From IMG/VR virus record IMGVR_UViG_3300028800_000095: DNA of 64,000 nucleotides; one strand, written 5' to 3'. A program made the position numbers and the translations under genes. The notes beneath the pieces were generated by a model that saw only the letters and a program-made list of their open reading frames with translations, did not search any database and was not told where the DNA came from. Below, piece after piece: positions 19,889-27,709 of this stretch. Positions within the stretch are counted from its first letter, which is position 1, and each line of letters opens with the position of its first letter. Origin of the DNA: an uncultured virus (IMG/VR IMGVR_UViG_3300028800_000095). Taxonomy: Duplodnaviria; Heunggongvirae; Uroviricota; Caudoviricetes.

Positions 19889-20961
19889 CTCGTGTAATTC
19901 CTGATCATAGGCCGGAGGTAAGTGGGACTTCCATCCGATTCACCGCCCCAGGCCTCGTTGATTAACCGGGCCGCTTCCGGCCCTAGCTCCTCTGCCACCC
20001 CCGCTTCGACCTCCGGGATCGTATACGCGAGTTGACGGGCAAGCTCGGTAATGACCGCAAGGAACCAGCGCTGAGGGATGGCTAACTGTTGGGTCATCGT
20101 CCCTACGTCCTCTACCTGCTGTTGGATGTAGCAAACGATCTGAGCGTAAGTAAACTGAAGCTGTGGAACCGGCCACAGGGTAATGACCGGTTGCATAAAT
20201 TGCTTGTTATACCAGAACTCTACCGGGCGACCCGCGAAGTCCTTGTCTGGGAGGTTAGCATAGTCATCCCGGTTGACCTTAGCTAAGGGGATCTCGTTAG
20301 GCCTTGTTCCGCAGACGAACTCGGTGACGTTTAGGACCGTGGCAGACCCCGCCTGCAATCGGACGTAGGATACACCGGCTTCCGGGATACCCTCGATATC
20401 AACCCAAATCCAAGCTCCCGAGGAAACAGAGAGGGATTCGGACCAAAAGGTTTCCCAGGTAACTCCGTCATCGGATGTTTGGATAGAGAGAGCCCAAGTA
20501 CCGGAGGCGTTAGGGAGAACCCCGAAGATCGTAGGCTGACTCGGAGTCGAGAACTTGACCTGGATGAATCCCCCTGGTACGACCTGGGTGCAGGCTGTCG
20601 CAAGGTCATTATCGAAGGCGTTGGCCGCTACTCCGCTAGACGCGCTCGGGATGGTCGAGTTCCCGTTCCTTGATATCTGGGTTAGGGTTCGCAGATTCGC
20701 GTTTAGAACATCGACGGTGCCATCGGGACACGGGACCGACTTAACCGAGTCATAGACAGGGAGGATGATCTTCTCGATGCAAAAGGTGGCCAGGCCCTTG
20801 CTAGAGAGAGTCGAGAGATACAGGTAGAGAAGGTCCTTGGCAATATCAATATATTCAGGATTGATTTGCTGAGGAGAGATTCTGCAACGGCCAAAGGCCC
20901 GATCAATGACCTTACGGGTGTTAAATACCGTGGTGGCTACGGTACCCGATGTGCTTGCCAA
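19885..20961 (-). CDS. Head-tail adaptor with an inserted discoidin-like beta domain
   Basis: TTG start with GGAG SD. IDRAFGRC, GRPVEFW, ITLWPVP adaptor pattern; IQTSDDGVTW insert. Confidence 0.6.
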   Translation of the reverse strand: MASTSGTVATTVFNTRKVIDRAFGRCRISPQQINPEYIDIAKDLLYLYLSTLSSKGLATFCIEKIILPVYDSVKSVPCPDGTVDVLNANLRTLTQISRNGNSTIPSASSGVAANAFDNDLATACTQVVPGGFIQVKFSTPSQPTIFGVLPNASGTWALSIQTSDDGVTWETFWSESLSVSSGAWIWVDIEGIPEAGVSYVRLQAGSATVLNVTEFVCGTRPNEIPLAKVNRDDYANLPDKDFAGRPVEFWYNKQFMQPVITLWPVPQLQFTYAQIVCYIQQQVEDVGTMTQQLAIPQRWFLAVITELARQLAYTIPEVEAGVAEELGPEAARLINEAWGGESDGSPTYLRPMIRNYTR

Positions 20962-21043
20962 AGTTCGCTGCTCCGGTAAGAACAGCTCGCCTACGCAAGC
21001 TTAAGTGTCTGAAGGTTAAGGTCGACACGGAGGTTACGCCGTA

Positions 21044-21802
21044 TTAGCGAGCCCGGGAAGCAGATTTGCCTCCCTTCGACGCCATACGCATCCGGGGGGC
21101 TAAGGGACGGCCTGCACCCGCTACCCTACCTACCGTAGGCATAGGGGGCCGGGGGCCTCCCGTCGGCACGTTCCCTATCGGCATCGGACGAGCCCCGAGG
21201 GTCGGAGGAGCACCAAGACGGTTTGGGGCCCCCATCATCGGCATACCGCCCCCCGCTAACCGGTCTTGAGTTCCCCCGGTCGCGAGCTTGTTAACGGTCC
21301 CTCCCGTTGCGAGCTTGTCGATGGTTCCCCCCGTTCCGTAGACGGCTCCACCGGCGTTGTGGTGCTTGACTTTCCCTCCCTTCTTGTAGTCGGGAGATCC
21401 CTTCGGGATCGAGGTCTCATCATGCACATGGCCGCCTTCCTTCATTGCGTGCTTCTCAGCCCACTTTTTCTCGTGGTGCTTCGGGATCTTCTTACCACCG
21501 TGGTAGTGGTTATGAACGTGAAAGTGCTTTTCAGCCTTACCACCCTTTGCAAACCCGGAGGTCAAGGGGCTCTTACCCCCGTGATCCGCTAGCTCCTCGG
21601 TAGAAGGAATGCGACGATCAACGGCGGAGTTGCCATGGTCCCTATCAGCCGAGTGGTTCGGATCAACCTGAGGAGGCATCTCCCGCACCATACCGCCGTG
21701 GGCTAGCTTGGCCACACTGCTCTCGGTCGAGATCCATTTCGTGTGGTGCGGGGCGTTGTGATGACCGTGAATGGTCTTCGTAGAGTCTTTAAAGCCTTTC
21801 AT
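21044..21802 (-). CDS. Low-complexity basic virion protein with many phi-x-x-GG motifs
   Basis: 252 aa; LAHGG, FAKGG, MKEGG, YKKGG, and a 9-aa tandem TGGTxxKLA repeat. Confidence 0.65.
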   Translation of the reverse strand: MKGFKDSTKTIHGHHNAPHHTKWISTESSVAKLAHGGMVREMPPQVDPNHSADRDHGNSAVDRRIPSTEELADHGGKSPLTSGFAKGGKAEKHFHVHNHYHGGKKIPKHHEKKWAEKHAMKEGGHVHDETSIPKGSPDYKKGGKVKHHNAGGAVYGTGGTIDKLATGGTVNKLATGGTQDRLAGGGMPMMGAPNRLGAPPTLGARPMPIGNVPTGGPRPPMPTVGRVAGAGRPLAPRMRMASKGGKSASRAR

Positions 21803-22128
21803 CCCATTACTCCTGACTGAACGAGTCTCATCGTTGAAGTGGTAGCCCCTACCGTTTGGTTCATGCGAAAGGCGGTCGCTTTGTCAGTGATTTTCGCAGC
21901 CACAGCGGCTACAGCTCCGACGAGAGCAGCCGCAGAGACAGAGAACCAATTACCGGTAGCGGGGTTATACCCAACAGCGAAAACATCGTCCAGAGTGTAC
22001 TGCACGGTCACGGTAGCCCCGGCCCCGGGTATGACCTCGATTCCGATGTCGGTCGGATTCTGGTACTGGTCTACCGGAACGGGAACCGAGGCAGCAACCC
22101 CGGTCACCGATATTGTTACTGGTCTCAT
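21799..22128 (-). CDS. Putative virion structural protein
   Basis: 109 aa, beta-rich, AAGGAG SD. Confidence 0.65.
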   Translation of the reverse strand: MRPVTISVTGVAASVPVPVDQYQNPTDIGIEVIPGAGATVTVQYTLDDVFAVGYNPATGNWFSVSAAALVGAVAAVAAKITDKATAFRMNQTVGATTSTMRLVQSGVMG

Positions 22129-22138
22129 GTGCTACTCC

Positions 22139-22933
22139 TTAGAACGGTGGGGTAGCATTGATGTTGATTCGATCCTTGGCGAAGTAGACCGTGTCGATCG
22201 ACAGAGTACGAGCCGCCGCCGTCGAGGCAAAGGCCGCAATCGTGTAGCAGAGGTTCGTAGCACCGGGGAATGTCGCAGGCATCACGCCCGCCTGTCCGGT
22301 TCCTGCCGCTCCGAGTTCTACCCGAGCCGCGCCCGAGGAGATACCGGCGATAAACTGATCGGCCTGAGCTACGTACCGGCCATTCGGCTGGCCCGCCGCG
22401 TAGATCGCCCCATCGTAGTAGGCGGACAATTGGATCTGCTGACCCGCTACGAGAGAGACGCCCATCGCTACGGTCGTAATCACACCGCCTACGGCGACGT
22501 TAAAGGACAAGGCACCGGTACCCGCAGCGGAAGAGAACCAGGCACCGTCCGTGATGCTAGCCGGGGTAAACGGGGTCGCGGTAGCGTTCATCAGACCGAA
22601 GATGACCTGGCCGAGGAGGTTGTCGATGGCCATACGGCCAAACATCCAGGTACGGAAGGACTTGGTGTGGGACATCGCCGCTGGGTTGTCCTGAATCGAG
22701 GCTGAGGCCGAAACGGCCGTTACCAGATTCAGGATACCGCCGTCACCGGCAGCGAGGGCTACGGAGCCACCGTTAAGGGTCTGCGTCCAATCACCTGCGA
22801 TATAGGAATCGAAGTCGTTGGGGTACTCGTGAACTCTGCCGAGCCGATGAGCTACGTAGAGATCGGAGAAGAGAGCGCTCTCCTTCTCGTTATTCACCCC
22901 TGGGTAGTGTCGAGTTACTGCAAGATCGTACAT
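22139..22933 (-). CDS. Putative virion structural/decoration protein
   Basis: 264 aa directly after the capsid gene, AGGAG SD. Confidence 0.6.
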   Translation of the reverse strand: MYDLAVTRHYPGVNNEKESALFSDLYVAHRLGRVHEYPNDFDSYIAGDWTQTLNGGSVALAAGDGGILNLVTAVSASASIQDNPAAMSHTKSFRTWMFGRMAIDNLLGQVIFGLMNATATPFTPASITDGAWFSSAAGTGALSFNVAVGGVITTVAMGVSLVAGQQIQLSAYYDGAIYAAGQPNGRYVAQADQFIAGISSGAARVELGAAGTGQAGVMPATFPGATNLCYTIAAFASTAAARTLSIDTVYFAKDRININATPPF

Positions 22934-22944
22934 TTGAATCTCCT

Positions 22945-22980
22945 AAGAGAAACCCCACCTCCGAAGAGGTGAGGCTTTCT
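22945..22980 (-). terminator. Intrinsic terminator after the major capsid gene
   Basis: Minus strand AGAAAGCCTCACCTC-TTCG-GAGGTGGGGTTTCTCTT: a UUCG-capped stem with a pyrimidine tail. Confidence 0.8.
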
Positions 22981-22988
22981 GGGGGGTG

Positions 22989-23909
22989 TTACAGGCCCGG
23001 AGTGCCGAAGAGGCAGCGGGGGTCAGTCCACGAGGGGATGTAACGCTCGGTGCTCTTATAGCGCATCGAGTCGGTCTCGAAGTCACCCTCCATCGACTTC
23101 TCCAGGGTCCGGCGCATGGCGAGCTTTAACCCCTGCTTGACGTCGGTCTGGATAAACCAGGCCGTGGTCGAAGTCATACGGGTGATATTCGCCTGCCCCT
23201 TCGGCAGGAGACCCATCGACTTAACGGGGTTGATATCGTTGTTCGCCGTACCCGCCCGCAGAACGCTCTTCAGGAGTACTTCGGCCTGAAAGACGTTCGA
23301 CGGACCCGTCACGATCTGCAACGGCTGCAAGCGAATACGCTTACCGTTGTTGTCGACCGCATTACGGATCTGGACTAACTGCTGCTCCAGAGAGGTCTGG
23401 GATAACGCAGCGGCGGTGGTCAGCTGGTTGCTGAAGGCACCGGCCGGGGGAGCGAGGGGATGAGCTACGTTGATCAGCGAGACGCCATCGCCGCCCGGGA
23501 AGGCTCCGTTAAACGCCGTGTTCAGGACGTTCGCACAGAGGGTTTCCTTCGTCTCGATCAGGGACTGCGCCAAATGTTCGGCGTAGATCTGCCCGATCTT
23601 GATATGGTCGCCGTCCTCCACCAGGACCTTGGTCAGGGCAAAGGCGAGACCATAGACGTTGTAGACGTACCGCTGAATGAACAGCACACCACCACTCTGA
23701 TAGGTGACCGGTGTACCGTCGGGCAGCGCGGGGGCCGCTCCCATACCGAAGAGGACCGGCTCTTCGTGGTACATGCGAGGCGTTCCACGGAATTCGCGGA
23801 AGACCATCTTCCACTCGTCCTCGCGCTGCTCGTAGATACCATCGAAGGTTTCGTTGAGGATCGGTTCGACGACTGACTTGAAGTCAGTACTGCGCATGGG
23901 CATTGCCAT
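22989..23909 (-). CDS. Major capsid protein
   Basis: 306 aa; GDGVSL...HP, TSTTAWFI and GDFETDSMRYK.TERY...W.DPR motifs; strongly biased codons; followed by a terminator. Confidence 0.85.
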   Translation of the reverse strand: MAMPMRSTDFKSVVEPILNETFDGIYEQREDEWKMVFREFRGTPRMYHEEPVLFGMGAAPALPDGTPVTYQSGGVLFIQRYVYNVYGLAFALTKVLVEDGDHIKIGQIYAEHLAQSLIETKETLCANVLNTAFNGAFPGGDGVSLINVAHPLAPPAGAFSNQLTTAAALSQTSLEQQLVQIRNAVDNNGKRIRLQPLQIVTGPSNVFQAEVLLKSVLRAGTANNDINPVKSMGLLPKGQANITRMTSTTAWFIQTDVKQGLKLAMRRTLEKSMEGDFETDSMRYKSTERYIPSWTDPRCLFGTPGL

Positions 23910-23933
23910 TTTCTTCTCCTAAGCTGCTACTGG

Positions 23934-24563
23934 TTAACGGACGATGGTGGGTGCGACATCCTGATGAAGTGCAATCTTCACCTGGATCACCGTGAACGCA
24001 TCGCCCACTGCATTGGCGATACCCGTATCGAAGCCGACGATACGCAGCTGATTGGCAAAGCCATTCGCTACGGTACCGAGGGCAACGGTCGTGTCCGCTG
24101 CAACAGTGGAAAAGCCGGAAATGAGGTTACCATTACCGGAGCCGTTGGCAGTAAAGGAGATCTGGTCCTGAAGCTGCGCTTGAGTCACGGGCCCATTCGC
24201 CTGAATGGTATACGTGATATTCGGATCACGAGTGTACCAGGCGATGATCTGGGTGGCGACGGTATTCGCCGGCCAGTAGTTCGATACGACCGGGCGACCC
24301 GTGGCCGTAAGGGTAAACTGACATCCCTGGAAGGTACCGACGAAGTAACTCGTGTTCGCCGGGGTTGCGGTCGTGGCCGCTCCGTTCGCGGGTGCTGCGA
24401 TCAGGTTGCCGTTAGGCGTGACCGTATCGATGCGAACCGGGGCGTTCTGGAATAAGTTGACCGCATACGCCGACGCTACTGGAGCGGACGGATATGCAGG
24501 CCGAACGATCCCAGACTCATGGAAGAGCGGGGCTAACCCATAGGGGTTTAGTGCTAATGACAT
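23934..24563 (-). CDS. Capsid-associated (decoration/cement-like) protein
   Basis: 209 aa; PYGLAP, VGTFQGC and DPN..Y.IQA; directly upstream of the capsid gene. Confidence 0.55.
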   Translation of the reverse strand: MSLALNPYGLAPLFHESGIVRPAYPSAPVASAYAVNLFQNAPVRIDTVTPNGNLIAAPANGAATTATPANTSYFVGTFQGCQFTLTATGRPVVSNYWPANTVATQIIAWYTRDPNITYTIQANGPVTQAQLQDQISFTANGSGNGNLISGFSTVAADTTVALGTVANGFANQLRIVGFDTGIANAVGDAFTVIQVKIALHQDVAPTIVR

Positions 24564-24596
24564 TTGGGGGACTCCGGAAAAGAGTATTCATTTCCG

Positions 24597-25166
24597 TTAG
24601 CCCTCGTCCTCTGCGGCAAAGGAGGGGGCCTCACGGGCCTTACCCAGCTCCTCGGTACCGGACTCGATCATTGGTCCCTTCATGCGACCACCCCGCTTGG
24701 CAGCTTGCGCAGCTTCCTCACCAACACCAAGAGCGTTGTTGTAAATCGCCTCCTCCTCACGCAGCGGAGCATCGTGATGCACTTCACGCATGTACGCTTC
24801 GTAAAGATGAAGAGGCAACTTCATCGCAATCATCTCATTGACGCCGATGGCTCCCGCATAGTCGCCCGTCTTGTTCCCGAGATGTTCCCAGCCCTGCATG
24901 TCTTTTGCCTGGATGATCTCGTAGCCAAGTCGAAGTCGCCCATGAACGGGGTCGCGTGGATTCTGCGTTGTAGCCCAGAACGTGTGATAACCGGGGATCT
25001 TTGGGAGATCCGGTAACGCGGACTGGAAAAACGAACGTCGCAGCAAATCAACGCGCTCGGCATCAGTGAGCGTCCGGTCTTCGGTGACGGTGCGGTCTTT
25101 TTCCGCTCGATCACCCCGAACAAGGCTCTTGTCCTTTCTCGCACGTTTCATAGGTTCTCTTGACAT
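24597..25166 (-). CDS. Head-module hypothetical protein
   Basis: 189 aa, LPKIPGYHTFW; lies between scaffold and capsid genes. Confidence 0.65.
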   Translation of the reverse strand: MSREPMKRARKDKSLVRGDRAEKDRTVTEDRTLTDAERVDLLRRSFFQSALPDLPKIPGYHTFWATTQNPRDPVHGRLRLGYEIIQAKDMQGWEHLGNKTGDYAGAIGVNEMIAMKLPLHLYEAYMREVHHDAPLREEEAIYNNALGVGEEAAQAAKRGGRMKGPMIESGTEELGKAREAPSFAAEDEG

Positions 25167-25192
25167 GAACTACTCCAACCTAGAGTAAAAAA

Positions 25193-26215
25193 TTAATGAC
25201 GGCGGGGAGTGCCGTGCTCTCGATCATAGCTCTGGTACCTCTTCAGGTACTTCTCCCGCAGAACTGGGTCATCCCAAACGCCTGCCTCCACCATGGCGGC
25301 TTTGCGTTCGGCATTGACATAAACCTCATTCTTTTTCAGGGGGCGTTCGCGCCCGCCCGTTGTGATTCGTGGGCCTCTCGGGGTCGAACGGCGAGCATCT
25401 TCGCGACTCTCGGCCTCGTCTTCGCCACCTTCGTCGTCATCGTCGTCTTCGGTGGCCACTTTCTTGCCTCCCTTAAACAGATGGGGGAGCCGCTTCGCAA
25501 GACGCTTGTTGTACTCCTCCCAGTAAGCGTCGGTTCGAGCATCCAGGCGACCTTCGCGGTAGAGATTATCCTCGACCGCCTTTGCCACCAGGGAGTCTTC
25601 GTTCCGTAGCTGCGGATCAAACCACTCGCTATTCTCGGACATCCAGCCCTGAGCCCTTGCGATGACCTGCGGGTCCGGGCCGGGCGGACGACGCGAAGCC
25701 TGAGCCTCCCGTGCCTGGTTGTCCTTGATCTGTTTAAGCTGCCCTACGCCATCGCGTAGTTGGTCCCGAATGCGTAAGGCCTCGGTAGCCTCATCCCCGG
25801 CACCCTTCTTGATGGCCTCGGCATGAATACCCTCGGCCTCTCGGATTCTCTGTTCGAGTTCGCTGATCCGAGAATCGATCTGGAGAGTCTCGGCCTGGCC
25901 CTGTCGAGCCTCGACCTGGGATTGTCGGCGTTCCAGCGCATCATTGCGTTGTCGTAGGAATCGTAACTCCGTTAGATCCCGCTGGCGCTGTTCCCGCTTT
26001 CGCTTCTTCTCCTCGCGGCGACGCTCACGTATCGCGGTACGGTCACCATCCTCCTCGGTACCGGATTCGGCATGACCTGCCCTTTCATCCGTACTATCGG
26101 AGTCGGAACCTTCAGGAGCGTCCTGCTCCTCGTCGGCGGAAACCACCTGTTCGTCCGTGTCCATTCCTGGACCGACTGGAACGATGGGTTCCTCCTTTGT
26201 TTCTTCCTTAGCCAT
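25193..26215 (-). CDS. Putative capsid scaffolding protein
   Basis: 340 aa; acidic N-terminus, long charged coiled coil, W...N.WF motif, position. Confidence 0.65.
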   Translation of the reverse strand: MAKEETKEEPIVPVGPGMDTDEQVVSADEEQDAPEGSDSDSTDERAGHAESGTEEDGDRTAIRERRREEKKRKREQRQRDLTELRFLRQRNDALERRQSQVEARQGQAETLQIDSRISELEQRIREAEGIHAEAIKKGAGDEATEALRIRDQLRDGVGQLKQIKDNQAREAQASRRPPGPDPQVIARAQGWMSENSEWFDPQLRNEDSLVAKAVEDNLYREGRLDARTDAYWEEYNKRLAKRLPHLFKGGKKVATEDDDDDEGGEDEAESREDARRSTPRGPRITTGGRERPLKKNEVYVNAERKAAMVEAGVWDDPVLREKYLKRYQSYDREHGTPRRH

Positions 26216-26235
26216 TGCAACCTCTCCAGCAGAAG

Positions 26236-26751
26236 TTAGATGTAAGCGACCATGTCAAGGACCTTGTCCTCAGGGACCAGACCTTTTAGGTCTAAGTCAT
26301 TAAAGAGAACGAACAGGGCCTTTCCGTCATGAGATCCAGGAACGTCAACCCACCAACGATCACCACCGTACTTCGGAACTCGGACATAGTCGCCGGGATT
26401 CGCCCAGGCCCCTTCGGGCCACGGAACGAGGGTCTCACGATTACAGAAGGTAACGGGACCAAGCGCGATTACTTTCGCAACCTGCATGTTCCACAGATCC
26501 GTTTCGCGGGACTCTTCGGGAATCCAGAGACCGCCAGCGGTCCTGGTACGGGGTGTTCGAAGTTGGATAAGGACATCGGAACCGAATGGTGTAAGGCCGG
26601 GGTCGGCCTCGGGGAAAGCCTGAGCAAGGCTGTCGTACTTGAACGTGGACTTCGCAAACTGCGCATTGGCCTTGCTGGCGGCTTCGGATAACGCTCCGTT
26701 ACCCACGCCCCGGTCGGCCCTACCGCTTTCGCGATGAATGGTTCGATCCAC
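26236..26751 (-). CDS. groES: Co-chaperonin GroES-like protein
   Basis: P.G..VLI...RTAGGLWIP mobile loop, AKVIALGP, GDYV..PKYGG, LFNDLDL. Exact start uncertain. Confidence 0.85.
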   Translation of the reverse strand: MDRTIHRESGRADRGVGNGALSEAASKANAQFAKSTFKYDSLAQAFPEADPGLTPFGSDVLIQLRTPRTRTAGGLWIPEESRETDLWNMQVAKVIALGPVTFCNRETLVPWPEGAWANPGDYVRVPKYGGDRWWVDVPGSHDGKALFVLFNDLDLKGLVPEDKVLDMVAYI

Positions 26752-26941
26752 CTGATTCCTCCTGATTTTCCTGGGGTTCCGTTTCGAGCAGCCGAAGCGC
26801 TATGTCTAGTCCCGCTTTGATCCCGCAGACGTAACCGAAATGCCACTCCGTTTTCTGGGTGTTGTTCGGTTGCAGGGAATCAGTCGCAGTCTTGATCTGA
26901 AGCTCTTTTAACTGCTCGATGTATTTTCCGATTGAGACCAT
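26720..26941 (-). CDS. Hypothetical protein
   Basis: 73 aa, helical, G..CG...GL pattern. Confidence 0.6.
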   Translation of the reverse strand: MVSIGKYIEQLKELQIKTATDSLQPNNTQKTEWHFGYVCGIKAGLDIALRLLETEPQENQEESGGSNHSSRKR

Positions 26942-26982
26942 ACTATGCTCGCAGGGTTCGGTTGTAAACTTTTAGCCTACGG

Positions 26983-27291
26983 CTAGTACTTCTTACCCCT
27001 GCTATGCCCACCCCCGTCCGTACCTACCCCTTCCGTATAGGGGCTCTCGCTACCGGTGTGCATACCGCCAGTGGTCTTATGAACGCTGTGGCCCTTGTGA
27101 CCGCCGCCGTGAGGACCGTTGGTCTCGTTGTGCTTGTGACCGCCGTGGTGCTCCTTCGGATGGTGACTCTCGACTTCCTTGTGCCCGTGATGCCTTGCGT
27201 GGTCGTGCATGTGCACGTGACCGCCCTTCTTCATACCCTCGGCATGACCGGTAGTGGCCAGCTGGTGGTGCTTGGTCGTTGGATCGCTCAT
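26983..27291 (-). CDS. His/Gly-rich small protein
   Basis: 102 aa, very His-rich, MKKGG motif, ATGA overlap. Confidence 0.6.
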   Translation of the reverse strand: MSDPTTKHHQLATTGHAEGMKKGGHVHMHDHARHHGHKEVESHHPKEHHGGHKHNETNGPHGGGHKGHSVHKTTGGMHTGSESPYTEGVGTDGGGHSRGKKY

Positions 27292-27518
27292 GAGGTCTTA
27301 TCTCCAGTGATATGTTGAACCGCCCAGAAACTCGCTTGCTGCATGTTCGTGATCGCGAGAGATAGCTCCCGAGATCTTCCGATGCGACCACAGGCAGAGA
27401 TAAAGTCGGCGGCGATGTCCTTTACCTCTGTCATCTGTAGTTTCTCCTCGTCCGAGAGCGGACGATAGGCGTGGCGAATAGCATTAGCCATCCGCTCGTC
27501 GGGAAGAGGCTCAGCCAT
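27288..27518 (-). CDS. Acb2/Tad1-like putative nucleotide-signal sponge (anti-defence)
   Basis: YRPLSDEEKLQMTEVKD resembles the Acb2 YR.LS.EE...M..VK segment. SRELSLAITNMQQASFWA resembles the Tad1/Acb2 helical hairpin. Confidence 0.7.
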   Translation of the reverse strand: MAEPLPDERMANAIRHAYRPLSDEEKLQMTEVKDIAADFISACGRIGRSRELSLAITNMQQASFWAVQHITGDKTS

Positions 27519-27708
27519 TGCGGGCCTTCCAGACCTCGCGCAGGTGACCGAAGTCGAGACCGCTATGGATTAGCAGGTCTTCGAGATCTTCGAGGCGCTT
27601 GACGCGCTTCTCCAGAAGCAAGAGAGGGTCACTCTCGAAAGCGTCCGGCTCCTGCACATCGGGTGCGTCCGGCTCCTCGGTCTCTGGGGTATCGTTTGGT
27701 TCGGTCAT
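27511..27708 (-). CDS. Hypothetical acidic protein
   Basis: 65 aa, GGAGG SD. Confidence 0.55.
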   Translation of the reverse strand: MTEPNDTPETEEPDAPDVQEPDAFESDPLLLLEKRVKRLEDLEDLLIHSGLDFGHLREVWKARNG

Positions 27709-27709
27709 C

